Shown: piece by piece, positions 23,501 through 31,856 of the stretch | How the letters are laid out: every line of letters starts with the position of its first letter | Position numbering within the stretch: the stretch's first letter is position 1 | Source of the DNA: Bythopirellula sp. | GTDB lineage: Bacteria; Planctomycetota; Planctomycetia; Pirellulales; Lacipirellulaceae | Direction of reading: 5' to 3' | Assembly: GCA_965216565.1 (NCBI GenBank) | Contig: OZ244170.1 | Coordinates: 4,320,001-4,384,000 of the forward strand | DNA: 64,000 nucleotides | The notes under the pieces: generated by a model | The model's input: only the letters and a program-made list of their open reading frames with translations | Databases searched by the model: none | Told to the model about the DNA's origin: nothing | Position numbers and translations under genes: made by a program

Positions 23501-24029
23501 CTTTGTGGACCACCCGCATACCGCGTCCACCGCCGCCATGAGCAGCCTTTAAGATAATTGGGTAGCCAGTTTTCGTGGCAAGTTTCTTGCCTTCCTGAAC
23601 ATCGACAATCGCGTTACTGCTCCCGCCCAACACTGGGATGCCAGCATGTTCGGCGATCTTGCGAGCTGAAATCTTGTCTCCAAGCGACCGGAGTGTTTCT
23701 ACGCGGGGTCCAATGAACGTGATGCCCGCTTGCTCGCAGGCTGCTGCGAATTCGGGATTCTCCGAAAGAAATCCGTAGCCTGGATGAATAGCATCAATGT
23801 TCTGTCGTTTCGCAAGCGCAACGATGCCTTCGACATCCAGGTACGCTTGAATTGGCTCGCCGGCTTTGCCCGTTAAATATGCTTCGTCTGCTTTAATGCG
23901 GTGCAGGGCGTATCGGTCCTCGTGGGAATAGATCCCCACGGTGCGAATACCCAATTCGTGGGCCGAGCGGAAGATGCGAATGGCGATTTCACTGCGATTG
24001 GCTACTAGAAGCCGTTTTATCTGATCCAT
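20583..24029 (-). CDS. pyc: Pyruvate carboxylase
   Basis: Biotin carboxylase motifs (ANRSEIA, HPGYGFLSE, RDCSVQRRHQK), carboxyltransferase motifs (RDAHQS, WGGATFD, HTHDT) and the biotinyl motif EAMKM. Confidence 0.97.
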   Translation of the reverse strand: MDQIKRLLVANRSEIAIRIFRSAHELGIRTVGIYSHEDRYALHRIKADEAYLTGKAGEPIQAYLDVEGIVALAKRQNIDAIHPGYGFLSENPEFAAACEQAGITFIGPRVETLRSLGDKISARKIAEHAGIPVLGGSSNAIVDVQEGKKLATKTGYPIILKAAHGGGGRGMRVVHKESEFESAYEQARRESETAFGSPDIFVEKFIEQARHIEVQLLGDRHGSLVHLYERDCSVQRRHQKVVEIAPAPNLDAEVRTALCDAAVAIGREVNYSAAGTVEFLVDADTNKFYFIEVNPRIQVEHTVTEQVTGVDLIKSQILVSQGMRLDDPELGLASQDDISTRGFAIQSRVTTEDPTNRFMPDYGRMTHYRSASGMGIRLDAGTAFSGAVVQPFYDSMLVKVTAWAERFDVAARRMERCLQEFRVRGVKTNIPFLIKLVLHPTFMAGNCTTRFIDETPELFDFPPRQDRATKLLTFLAETIVNGNSLVKDRAIALRRTPAPIPKFDATQEIPDGMRQKLKELGAEKFAAWIREQKPLLITDTTFRDAHQSLLATRIRSYDLLQIAEAYAHLCPDLFSIEMWGGATFDVSMRFLKESPWQRLADMRERIPNILFQMLLRASNAVGYTNYPDNVVQAFVEEAADAGIDVFRVFDALNGVDNMRVAMEAVIKSGAICEAAICYSGDISNPNRTKYDLAYYVKMAKELENMGAHILAIKDMAGLCKPAAAKLLVKTLREEVDLPIHFHTHDTAGIQGAAILQASEVGLDIADAAMAPLSGGTAQPNMNTVVEALRYGDRNTGLSAEHLDSLAEYWRAVREFYTAFESPVLPAGSDLYKHEMPGGQYTNLFQQARALNLADQWSKVCEVYADVNQLLGDIVKVTPTSKAVGDLALFLIANDMTADDVLNSDRELAFPQSVIDLVKGNMGQAMGGFPKQASEKILRGEKPLDGRPGASMPAADFEESASEIRPILEREPLRREVVSHLLYPKVYKDYAEHEQNFTDTSVFPTPAFLYGLEPNEEIGVEIESGKTLIIRYLTVSEPREDGRKTVFFELNGQPREITVIDNALEPDAPKHPKADPSQPGHVAATMPGMVYNVAVKVGDSVAVGQKLLTLEAMKMQTNVTAETAGKIAEVNVKAGTQVETGDLLMRIES

Positions 24030-24282
24030 AGAACTTCGAATTCTGGACTGAGGGAATCGGGATAATCCAAGACGTGCCAGTGTACCAACTCGCAGCCGGA
24101 TTGATTACCACCTAGCTTTTCCTCATGGCGTCGGAAGAATGGACGCAGAGACTACCACCTATTTTAGGCTTATTCCTGTGCAGCGGACGATTGCAGCCAT
24201 GCAGGCGGCCAAGGCGATTGATGCTACCTGGCTTTAGACCGGGAGCGTTAGTAGCCGGTCGGACCCAATCTATAGAGGAATA

Positions 24283-24750
24283 CTACTGGTTTCGAGAGCG
24301 ACGCTCGTTGTTAGAAGCCTTCGGCTCTAAAGCAGTTTCGTCTGCCTTGGTCGAACGAGCTGCTACGTGTTGCAAGTCCAGCAATTCATGGACGACGCAG
24401 TCGAGCGATTTCCAAAGTTGATCGGATTTACACAAATAGTAGGCACACATGTTGTGGCAGCGTCGGATAATTTCCTGATCTTTCCGTCCGGTGATGATGA
24501 TCACGGGAACTTGCGACGCATCGTCGTCTAGTGCCAGTACCTCGCATACCGCCAAGCCACCGCCTGCTGGCATGTTTGCATCCAGGCAGAACAAATCAGG
24601 GAGCGAATTAACAGCAGCTTCAAGGGCCTTCTTCCCAGAGTTGGCCGTAATGACCTCCAAGCCAAGTCGCTCGAGTCGCTTCTTCAGGATGATCAAAAAG
24701 TCCTGGTCGTCATCAGCAATTAGGACGGTCTTCTGTGGGTTGCTATTCAT
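24283..24750 (-). CDS. Single-domain response regulator (receiver 6)
   Basis: IADDD ... LDANMP ... ITG ... YLCK. Confidence 0.85.
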   Translation of the reverse strand: MNSNPQKTVLIADDDQDFLIILKKRLERLGLEVITANSGKKALEAAVNSLPDLFCLDANMPAGGGLAVCEVLALDDDASQVPVIIITGRKDQEIIRRCHNMCAYYLCKSDQLWKSLDCVVHELLDLQHVAARSTKADETALEPKASNNERRSRNQ

Positions 24751-24858
24751 ACTTTTGCCTTCTGTCTTCAATTCCGATTTATTGATTTAGTGTTGTTGAT
24801 TTATTGCTAAGCCTAATTGCTCATTTATCGAGATTGCTCATTTGTCGGGCCAATCGCT

Positions 24859-25260
24859 CTAGCAGGCTGGCTCGGCGAACAGTAGTTCTTTTGCCAAGGG
24901 TTCGATGCGCTGCCACACGTTGGCATTCTTTTCTACATAATACGACATCGTTTCGTGACAGCGGCGTATTGTTTGTTCGTCTCGACAACCTGTTAGCATG
25001 ATCACGGGCACGCCGCTCAGTCGATCGTCGCTGGCGATAAGTTCCCGAACGCTCCAGCCATTGCCGCCTGGCATGTTAACGTCTAGGCAAACGACGGCCG
25101 GGACTACCTCGGACATGGCATTCATGGCTTCCAGAGCGCGGTTCGTGCCGATCACATCGCATCCCAATTCGGCAAACCGACGGGTCAAGATCTGGACTAC
25201 ATCCGTGTCATCGTCAACGATTACAACAAGGTTGTTTTGCATAATTGGGCTTTCGTTCAT
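24859..25260 (-). CDS. Single-domain response regulator (receiver 5)
   Basis: IVDDD ... LDVNMP ... LTG ... YVEK. Confidence 0.85.
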   Translation of the reverse strand: MNESPIMQNNLVVIVDDDTDVVQILTRRFAELGCDVIGTNRALEAMNAMSEVVPAVVCLDVNMPGGNGWSVRELIASDDRLSGVPVIMLTGCRDEQTIRRCHETMSYYVEKNANVWQRIEPLAKELLFAEPAC

Positions 25261-25265
25261 GGTAT

Positions 25266-25745
25266 TTAAACAGCAGCCTTTTCCAAGATGCTGATGTGTT
25301 TTGAAAGTTCGCTCTGCAGCTGGTCGAAATCCAATGGCTTGTTCAGATAAGCACTGGCACCCATCTCAAGCATTTTTTGGCGGAAGTTTCGATCCTTCCG
25401 GCACGTGAGCAGAATTACCGGTATGTGTCGAGTCATTTCCGACTCTTTCAACATCCGCAGAACTTCATCGCCCGAGCCGTTGGGCATCTCGACGTCGAGA
25501 ATTATCGCATCGGCGGGATACTCAAACGCATTGTTGATGCCATCAATTCCGTCGAAGGCACGAATCACGGCCACTCCGTGAGACTCGAGGCGGGTTTTAA
25601 GTGCTGCTGAGAACAACACATCATCCTCTACGTGCAGTACCCAGGGCGGCGACTCTTGTTCATCACCTGTTGTTAGGGACGGTTGCGCGTCGGCTCCGCT
25701 GCCAAAGAGCGCTCGTTGAATAAATTGGAATACATGCTTCGACAT
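25266..25745 (-). CDS. Single-domain response regulator with N-terminal extension (receiver 4)
   Basis: HVEDD ... ILDVEMP ... LTC ... LNKP. Confidence 0.88.
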   Translation of the reverse strand: MSKHVFQFIQRALFGSGADAQPSLTTGDEQESPPWVLHVEDDVLFSAALKTRLESHGVAVIRAFDGIDGINNAFEYPADAIILDVEMPNGSGDEVLRMLKESEMTRHIPVILLTCRKDRNFRQKMLEMGASAYLNKPLDFDQLQSELSKHISILEKAAV

Positions 25746-25784
25746 TGTGCCGTAAATCCTTGCTACTATTCTTAAGTGCCTGAC

Positions 25785-26279
25785 CTATATGCTGACGTGT
25801 TTTTTTAACGCATCCAAAAGTTTGTCGAATGGAACTGGCTTGTTGAAGAACTCTTCAGCGCCCATCGCGAGCATTTTTCTTTCGAGGTAGCCATCCTTGC
25901 GTCCCGTCATTACGAATACAGGAATTGATCGAGTGATAGGATTGTCTTTTAGTCGTCCTAGGACGTAATCGCCCTGTCCGTTGGGCATCTCGTAGTCGAG
26001 AATAATCGCACTTGCTTGACGCGATAGTGCGGTACGCACGCCATCGGTTCCATCAAAGGCATTGACGACATTTACGCCATGTTTGTGAAAACGAGCGGCA
26101 AGGCCGGCTGCCAACTCGCGATCGTCATCTACATGGAGGATCCAGGGAGCGTGCCGCAATTCAGTCGAGGACTCTGCTGTGGGACCGTCCTGTTCATCTA
26201 GCAGGGAATCGAATACGCCCAGCGCACCGAATATTGCATCGACAGCATCATTTGCGGGTTGAGTTTCAGTGGTGTGCAT
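25785..26279 (-). CDS. Single-domain response regulator with N-terminal extension (receiver 3)
   Basis: HVDDD ... ILDYEMP ... MTG ... FNKP. Confidence 0.88.
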   Translation of the reverse strand: MHTTETQPANDAVDAIFGALGVFDSLLDEQDGPTAESSTELRHAPWILHVDDDRELAAGLAARFHKHGVNVVNAFDGTDGVRTALSRQASAIILDYEMPNGQGDYVLGRLKDNPITRSIPVFVMTGRKDGYLERKMLAMGAEEFFNKPVPFDKLLDALKKHVSI

Positions 26280-26326
26280 GGGAGATCCTGGTTTTAGCTT
26301 TGTTTGGAAGGCTATGTTTTGTGTGA

Positions 26327-26734
26327 CTAATTGAGTGACGTTGCTGGGGAGGTTGGGCCGTTCTTGTTTTCGCGGATTGCGGTCTGTACCGCGCCCACTA
26401 AATCTCGGCCGTTGTATGGCTTCGAGACAAAGAAGCGAGCCCCAGCGTCCAATGCTTGTTGCTGATCAATCAAACTCGCAGAGAGCATCACGACTGGAAT
26501 GCCCCTTGTAGCGTCGTTGTCTTGTAGCTCATTTAGCGCGGTTAATCCGTCCATGCGCGGCATGCGTACGTCCATGACAATAGCGTCCGGTCTCGATTTC
26601 ATTGCAGAGGCAACGCCCTCACCTCCATCGTGTGCTTCGATCGTTTCGAATCCGCAAGCGCGTAGTCTGAGATGAGCGCCTTGAAGGATAGCGCGATCAT
26701 CATCGACGACTAAAACTGTGGGTTTGCCGTTCAT
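26327..26734 (-). CDS. Single-domain response regulator (receiver 2)
   Basis: VVDDD ... VMDVRMPRMDG ... LSA ... VSKP. RBS GGAGA precedes the ATG at 26734. Confidence 0.9.
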   Translation of the reverse strand: MNGKPTVLVVDDDRAILQGAHLRLRACGFETIEAHDGGEGVASAMKSRPDAIVMDVRMPRMDGLTALNELQDNDATRGIPVVMLSASLIDQQQALDAGARFFVSKPYNGRDLVGAVQTAIRENKNGPTSPATSLN

Positions 26735-26790
26735 ATGTCTCCCTTTTCCTTGGATTAGATTCTCCGAATCGTGACGGGTAAAATAGGATT

Positions 26791-28398
26791 TCATTGAGAG
26801 GCTCCAGATGCCAGTTCTAGGCTGGAGGTTGAGTTGGCTGAATCGAGTATTCGATTGAGGCAGTCCAGGACATCCTGGTGATGAATATCGGCTCGCCAAG
26901 AACCACCATGTCGAAACTCAAACTCAGGCAATGGCCCAAAGGGACGGTTGCGGTTGGTGTCCTGCCACTCGCTTCGGATCCGTGACTCATAGCCATCGAG
27001 TTCTTGTTCAGTTTCCGGCAAGGCAATCACCCACAGGTTCTCATTCAGGCGAAAGAGTAAATCGTTCTTGCGCAAGCAATAGTTGTAGAACGCATTCATC
27101 TCCATGCCCAAGGATTCATCTGTCTGCGGATCAATCGAGGCAATAACAATCGAAACGTGCGGCGTGATCCCCTCAGACTCGTCGTCACTCCCATTGCGGT
27201 TGAGATAGCGTTGGAGAACTTCAGCGGGATCGGCAATTGGAACACTAAAGGAGAAGGTGCTGCCCTTTCCCAATTGGCTTTGAACGTTCATCTGTCCAAA
27301 ATTTAGATCAACAAGGGCCTTGGCAATATTTAAGCCAAGTCCGAAACCTTTGGTGCTGCCACGCACGTTGGTCGCCAGTTGCTTGAATCGCTGGAAAATG
27401 CTTGCTAGCAATTCATCGTCGATGCCCGGTCCGTTATCGGTGACGGCGAAAGTTATATTTCCACATGCAAGGTCTTTTTCTACCGTAATCCTTACGACAC
27501 CAGGGTCACCGCAAAACTTGATTGCGTTAATCGCAAGATTGGTCATCACGCGACCCGCCTTTTCCTCATCGCAGTAGACCTCAGGCAAATCGTCGTCGAC
27601 CACCCATTCCAACGTGACGTTCTTTACAGACGCCTTTCGTTCGAGGGAGGCTTTCACGTGATCGAGAATCTCAGTGACAGAGCAATTCTTTCTCCAGGCA
27701 CCCAGCATTCCGGATTCTAGCTTGCTCACGTCCAGCATGTCGTCGACCATAATGTTCAGATCGTCAGCACGATCTTCTGCCACGTGAAGCAATCGCTGCT
27801 GTTCGTCGTTCACGTCACCGACAAGACCTTCACGAACGAGAGACACGTATTCTTTCACGACCGTCAGTGGTGTGCGAAATTCATGGGATACGTTATCTAC
27901 AAACTCATGGGCTTGATCGTAAAGCTTGGCAAGCTTTCTGTTCTTTTTCTCCAGTAGCTCGTGGCTCTGTTCTACTTCCGACAGCAAGTCGCGTATTCTA
28001 TGTAAATGCTGTTGACGCTGAACCGAGTGATTGATCGCCCGCGACAACGAACGCGGTGTTACTTCGTCCTTCACTAAATAGTCCTGTGCTCCTTCATTCA
28101 TGAGCGCCAAAGCAGCCTTTTGGCAGTTGAGTCCTGTGAGCACAATGATCGGCAAATCGCTAGGGCACTGCTGGCGAAACTGCGAGAGTGTACTTGTCCC
28201 CGTCGACTCGGGGAGTTCCAGATCCAGCAAAACGATATCGAAGTGCGTCTCGGTCAGTTTCTCAGAAGCCTGGGTAAGACTTTTTGAATGATGGAGGTTG
28301 TAGGTGGCGTCGAGACATTTCTTCAAGGTGCGACGTACAATCATTGCGTCGACTTGATCGTCTTCGATCAGCAGGATATTGATTGTGATGTCTCTCAT
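26791..28398 (-). CDS. Cytoplasmic hybrid histidine kinase: REC-HisKA-HATPase plus degenerate GGDEF-like C-terminal domain
   Basis: REC (IEDD, LLDLELP, LVK), H-box VSHEFRTPL, N-box NLAINAIKF, G1 DNGPGI, G2 GFGLGL, and C-terminal LRKNDLLFRLNENLWVIALPET. Confidence 0.9.
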   Translation of the reverse strand: MRDITINILLIEDDQVDAMIVRRTLKKCLDATYNLHHSKSLTQASEKLTETHFDIVLLDLELPESTGTSTLSQFRQQCPSDLPIIVLTGLNCQKAALALMNEGAQDYLVKDEVTPRSLSRAINHSVQRQQHLHRIRDLLSEVEQSHELLEKKNRKLAKLYDQAHEFVDNVSHEFRTPLTVVKEYVSLVREGLVGDVNDEQQRLLHVAEDRADDLNIMVDDMLDVSKLESGMLGAWRKNCSVTEILDHVKASLERKASVKNVTLEWVVDDDLPEVYCDEEKAGRVMTNLAINAIKFCGDPGVVRITVEKDLACGNITFAVTDNGPGIDDELLASIFQRFKQLATNVRGSTKGFGLGLNIAKALVDLNFGQMNVQSQLGKGSTFSFSVPIADPAEVLQRYLNRNGSDDESEGITPHVSIVIASIDPQTDESLGMEMNAFYNYCLRKNDLLFRLNENLWVIALPETEQELDGYESRIRSEWQDTNRNRPFGPLPEFEFRHGGSWRADIHHQDVLDCLNRILDSANSTSSLELASGASQ

Positions 28399-28433
28399 AG
28401 TCGTTCCTCGCCGCTGAGAGTCTTACTAAGTTT

Positions 28434-28868
28434 CTAAGAATCTGCGTTTGCTAGTTCGCGTTCGTTTAGCGGAACGTACTTTGCAATTGTGGTCTTTAGT
28501 TCGTTGAAATCGACTGGCTTCACTAGGTAATCCTGCACACCCTGGCGACGCAGTTGTCCTTCTAGCGGTCGATCCTTTTGTCCCGTCAGAATAATAATCG
28601 GAATGTGACTGGTGTCGGCGTTGTTCCGCACGCAGTTGACAACAACATTGCCTTCGCCTTGGGGCATTTTCATGTCGCTGATAATCAGGTCGGGCTTATG
28701 CGTCATTGCTTCGTGAAAGCCGTGCATGCCAAAGTAGCCACAGATGACATTGACTTCGTAGTCCCGCAGACGAATTGTGATCGACTCGCTAATTTGCGGG
28801 TCGTCATCGATGCAAAGGATTGTTGGCCAGTTTGAGTTGATGGATGGCTTCTTGTCTTTTTTTCGCAT
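28434..28868 (-). CDS. Single-domain response regulator (receiver 1)
   Basis: CIDDD ... ISDMKMP ... LTG ... LVKP. Confidence 0.88.
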   Translation of the reverse strand: MRKKDKKPSINSNWPTILCIDDDPQISESITIRLRDYEVNVICGYFGMHGFHEAMTHKPDLIISDMKMPQGEGNVVVNCVRNNADTSHIPIIILTGQKDRPLEGQLRRQGVQDYLVKPVDFNELKTTIAKYVPLNERELANADS

Positions 28869-29285
28869 GCTTCATCCCCCCGTCTGAATTGTGTCTTCGA
28901 AGATCACATCGGGCCCGAGCAAAGCCTATAAACACCGCTTTGGCTTTCTAGATCGCTTGTTTCCAGCGATTCAGGCCTTTCAAAGGGTAGGTTGCCAGGG
29001 GGGGGATAACGCAGAATAGAACAATTTTTCAGAAACGGTCACGGCCACGCGAAACAAAGCGACTAGAACCGTCATAGTCCCTACCTGCCGCCCCGTCCGA
29101 TCGGTAAAAACCGGGCTTTTGTGGCAGTTTGGGGACTGATTCGCGATGTTGGCGACACGCGGAAATGCCAGCGGAAGCGTGACTTTCAAAGATTTGTCCA
29201 AGATCGAAACATCAGCGGCGAAGTGCAAAAAGGCACGCTAAACATCAAGGCCATCTCTCCGCATTCGCGAAAGGAGCAGCGACCT

Positions 29286-30497
29286 ATGACGCTACCGCTC
29301 AATCACACCTTGGATCGAAGAAGCTTCGTCGGTCAGACACTCACGACCCTCACTGGTTTGGGGCTCACCGGCATTCCGCTTTCAAGCCTGAACGCGGAAC
29401 CGGTGGCGGGACGTCCCAGTTATCGTGGCCCCAATATGGTGATCATCCGCTTTGGCGGGGGTGCCCGTCGTCGCGAAGCCATCGATCCACAGGCAACCTG
29501 CTATAGCCCGTATTTGCTAAACGAATTGGCTCCCCGCGGTGTGTTGCTCAACAACATGATGATCGACACGGCCGCCACCGAAACCGGCCATGGCCAGGGA
29601 ACCCTCAACATCCTTACCGGCAAGTACGACAAGTACAAAGACGTGGATGGCGCTTTCCTCGGTGAGCGATTCGAAGCCAAGGTGCCCACCTTATTCGAAT
29701 ACCTCAGGCAGAGTTTCTCGATTGCTGAGCACGAGACACTGATCGTCAATGGGGAAGATCGCACCCAGGAGGAGTTCTACACCTTTAGCAATCATCATCT
29801 CTTCGGGGCCGAATATCGCTCGAATGTGTTGAGCTTGTATCGCTACAAAACATTTCTGTTGGAGCAGCAAATTCAGGATCACGCGGCAGAATGGAACGAG
29901 GAGGAGTTGAAGGCCAAGCAGCGCGAGCTTGCCGAGATGCGCTCGCTCGACTATCGCCGCGACGACCAGGGCGGACAGTCGCCCGCGATCGATCGGTTCT
30001 GGCACAACTGGCGCGAATTCTACGGCGACTCGGGGCTGGTGAATCCCCGCGGCGATCGGCTGCTCACGGAGCTTTCGATCCGTGCACTCAAACAACTCCG
30101 ACCTAAGTTGATGATGGTCAACTACAACGATTGCGACTATGTCCACTGGGGCAATATGGCCCACTACACCCGCGGCATTGCCATCATGGACGCCGGCATT
30201 CGGCGGCTTGTCGAAACCGTCGAAGCGGACGAGCACTACCGAAACAACACGGTCTTTGTCATTGTGCCCGACTGCGGACGCGACGACAGCCCATTCGCCT
30301 CGGTGCCCTGTCAGCACCACTTCAACACCCGCTCTTCGCGCGAAATTTTTGCCTTACTAGTGGGGCCAGGCATCGATCGTGGGCGGGTTGTCGACCGACC
30401 TGTCGAGCAAATCGAAGTCGCTCCCACCATCGGCCAGCTCATGGGGTTCAAGACGGCTCATGCCGAGGGCCGTGTGCTCGAGGAGGTGTTCGTATGA
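29286..30497 (+). CDS. Putative Tat-exported alkaline-phosphatase/sulfatase-superfamily protein
   Basis: DRRSFVG twin-arginine signal. C-terminal NNTVFVIVPDCGRD, GPGI and EVAPTIGQLMG match the AP-superfamily core pattern. Confidence 0.65.
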   Translation: MTLPLNHTLDRRSFVGQTLTTLTGLGLTGIPLSSLNAEPVAGRPSYRGPNMVIIRFGGGARRREAIDPQATCYSPYLLNELAPRGVLLNNMMIDTAATETGHGQGTLNILTGKYDKYKDVDGAFLGERFEAKVPTLFEYLRQSFSIAEHETLIVNGEDRTQEEFYTFSNHHLFGAEYRSNVLSLYRYKTFLLEQQIQDHAAEWNEEELKAKQRELAEMRSLDYRRDDQGGQSPAIDRFWHNWREFYGDSGLVNPRGDRLLTELSIRALKQLRPKLMMVNYNDCDYVHWGNMAHYTRGIAIMDAGIRRLVETVEADEHYRNNTVFVIVPDCGRDDSPFASVPCQHHFNTRSSREIFALLVGPGIDRGRVVDRPVEQIEVAPTIGQLMGFKTAHAEGRVLEEVFV

Positions 30498-31636
30498 ATC
30501 AACAGCAGCCTAGAGAGCGGTCTTGGTACATTCGCTATCCGCTTGCCGTTTGGAAATACTTTGTCGGCGTCGTCTTCTGTCAGTTTATGTTTGGAGCGGT
30601 TGTGGTCGTTGGCTGGACGTCGCGGTTCATGCAGCGGCAGATTCTTCTTTCCTGGTGGAATCGAAGCAAGAACCAGGCTGACGGCACATTTGCCAACTTC
30701 GCCGAAACGCTAGCCGAGCCCTGTGTGCCGCGAACGCTTCCCAATTGGAGCCTGGCCGATTCGCCCCAGCCATCGGCCAGCCATGGTCGAGTGAGGAGGA
30801 CGTTGCGGCGCTGCTTTGGTTCGCTTTACGAGAACAGCCGTACGGGATTGGCGAATTCGCTGTGCATTTTTGTAATTCTGCTCCCCGCCACGTCGCTCTG
30901 GTATTACGCCTGGGTGCTGGGTTGGAATATCTCCTTCTTCAAGCTCTACGAACAATCGGCACTGGGGGCAACGCTGGGCCTGTTTGGTATGGCGTTGTTC
31001 ATCGTGACGATGCTCTACGTGCCGCTGGCTCATGCCCGTCAGGCGCTGACAGGTCGCTGGCGATCATTCTTCGATTTCAAAAGAAACTGGAAACTCGCCT
31101 GGCGACATCCCGGGGTAATGCTTCCCGTGGCGACAGTGTTTGTTCTGGCCTCGGCCCTGGTTATGTTCTTGCGAATCGTACCGTATTACGCGGGAACCGA
31201 CCCTGAATTCGCGGCGATGGGTGTCGAACAACTGCGGACGTGGTTGGATGACTATTACTTTGTTGCGGGCGCCTTCGTCCTGCCTGCGTACTTGCTTGTG
31301 TGGTGGGGCGTGGCCAAAGCGTATTCCAGCGCCGCGCTAAGCGAGTACATCGCCGACCCAGTCGAATGCCCCTTGGGTGAAACCGAAAAAGGGATCCTCG
31401 CCCAGTTGACATTTGCCCCTCAGCCGACGGCTTCGAGATACCTACTGGTCCGTGGCACAACCTGGGCCTTGGGACGCTCAGCCGGAGCGGCCGCGCTGGT
31501 GCTCACGTGTCTGGCATGGTTCGGTGTGGGAACGCTCGTTTTCGTGGTGCAGTTCTTCAACTATCTGCCCGGGGCCTGGTTGAATCATCCCTTAGTCATA
31601 TTGCCCTGGATCAAATACATCCCGCCGGGACTTTAG
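30494..31636 (+). CDS. Polytopic membrane protein, function unknown
   Basis: About 6-7 hydrophobic segments. ATGA overlap with the upstream gene and RBS AGGAGG. Confidence 0.75.
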   Translation: MNQQQPRERSWYIRYPLAVWKYFVGVVFCQFMFGAVVVVGWTSRFMQRQILLSWWNRSKNQADGTFANFAETLAEPCVPRTLPNWSLADSPQPSASHGRVRRTLRRCFGSLYENSRTGLANSLCIFVILLPATSLWYYAWVLGWNISFFKLYEQSALGATLGLFGMALFIVTMLYVPLAHARQALTGRWRSFFDFKRNWKLAWRHPGVMLPVATVFVLASALVMFLRIVPYYAGTDPEFAAMGVEQLRTWLDDYYFVAGAFVLPAYLLVWWGVAKAYSSAALSEYIADPVECPLGETEKGILAQLTFAPQPTASRYLLVRGTTWALGRSAGAAALVLTCLAWFGVGTLVFVVQFFNYLPGAWLNHPLVILPWIKYIPPGL

Positions 31637-31646
31637 AAGTAGGATT

Positions 31647-31734
31647 GGTCGGAAACAGGGACAGGCACGACGACACCGCGTGCGCGGAAGGTTCGAGCCG
31701 TATTCGAGCGTCGAGCCAGTCCCTGTTTTCGACC
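31647..31734. repeat. 26-bp imperfect inverted repeat (REP-like) between convergent genes
   Basis: GGTCGGAAACAGGGACAGGCACGACG / CGTCGAGCCAGTCCCTGTTTTCGACC, 3 mismatches. Confidence 0.75.
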
Positions 31735-31856
31735 GGAGAGACGAGAGGCTCTGTTCGCTCTGTTTCCTTCTGTTGAAGAAACCGATACCTAATTCAGCTT
31801 CTGCACGCTGAACTTGAGAGGGGCAGCTGAATTACCGATCCCGTTGACGGAATAGT

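Noticed and set aside
24283..28868. Chemotaxis operon
   Set aside because: There is no CheA, CheW, CheR, CheB or chemoreceptor, and the kinase is a class I HisKA type.
28869..29285. c-di-GMP riboswitch upstream of the receiver operon
   Set aside because: I could not find the conserved c-di-GMP-I stem/tetraloop-receptor pattern on either strand by eye.
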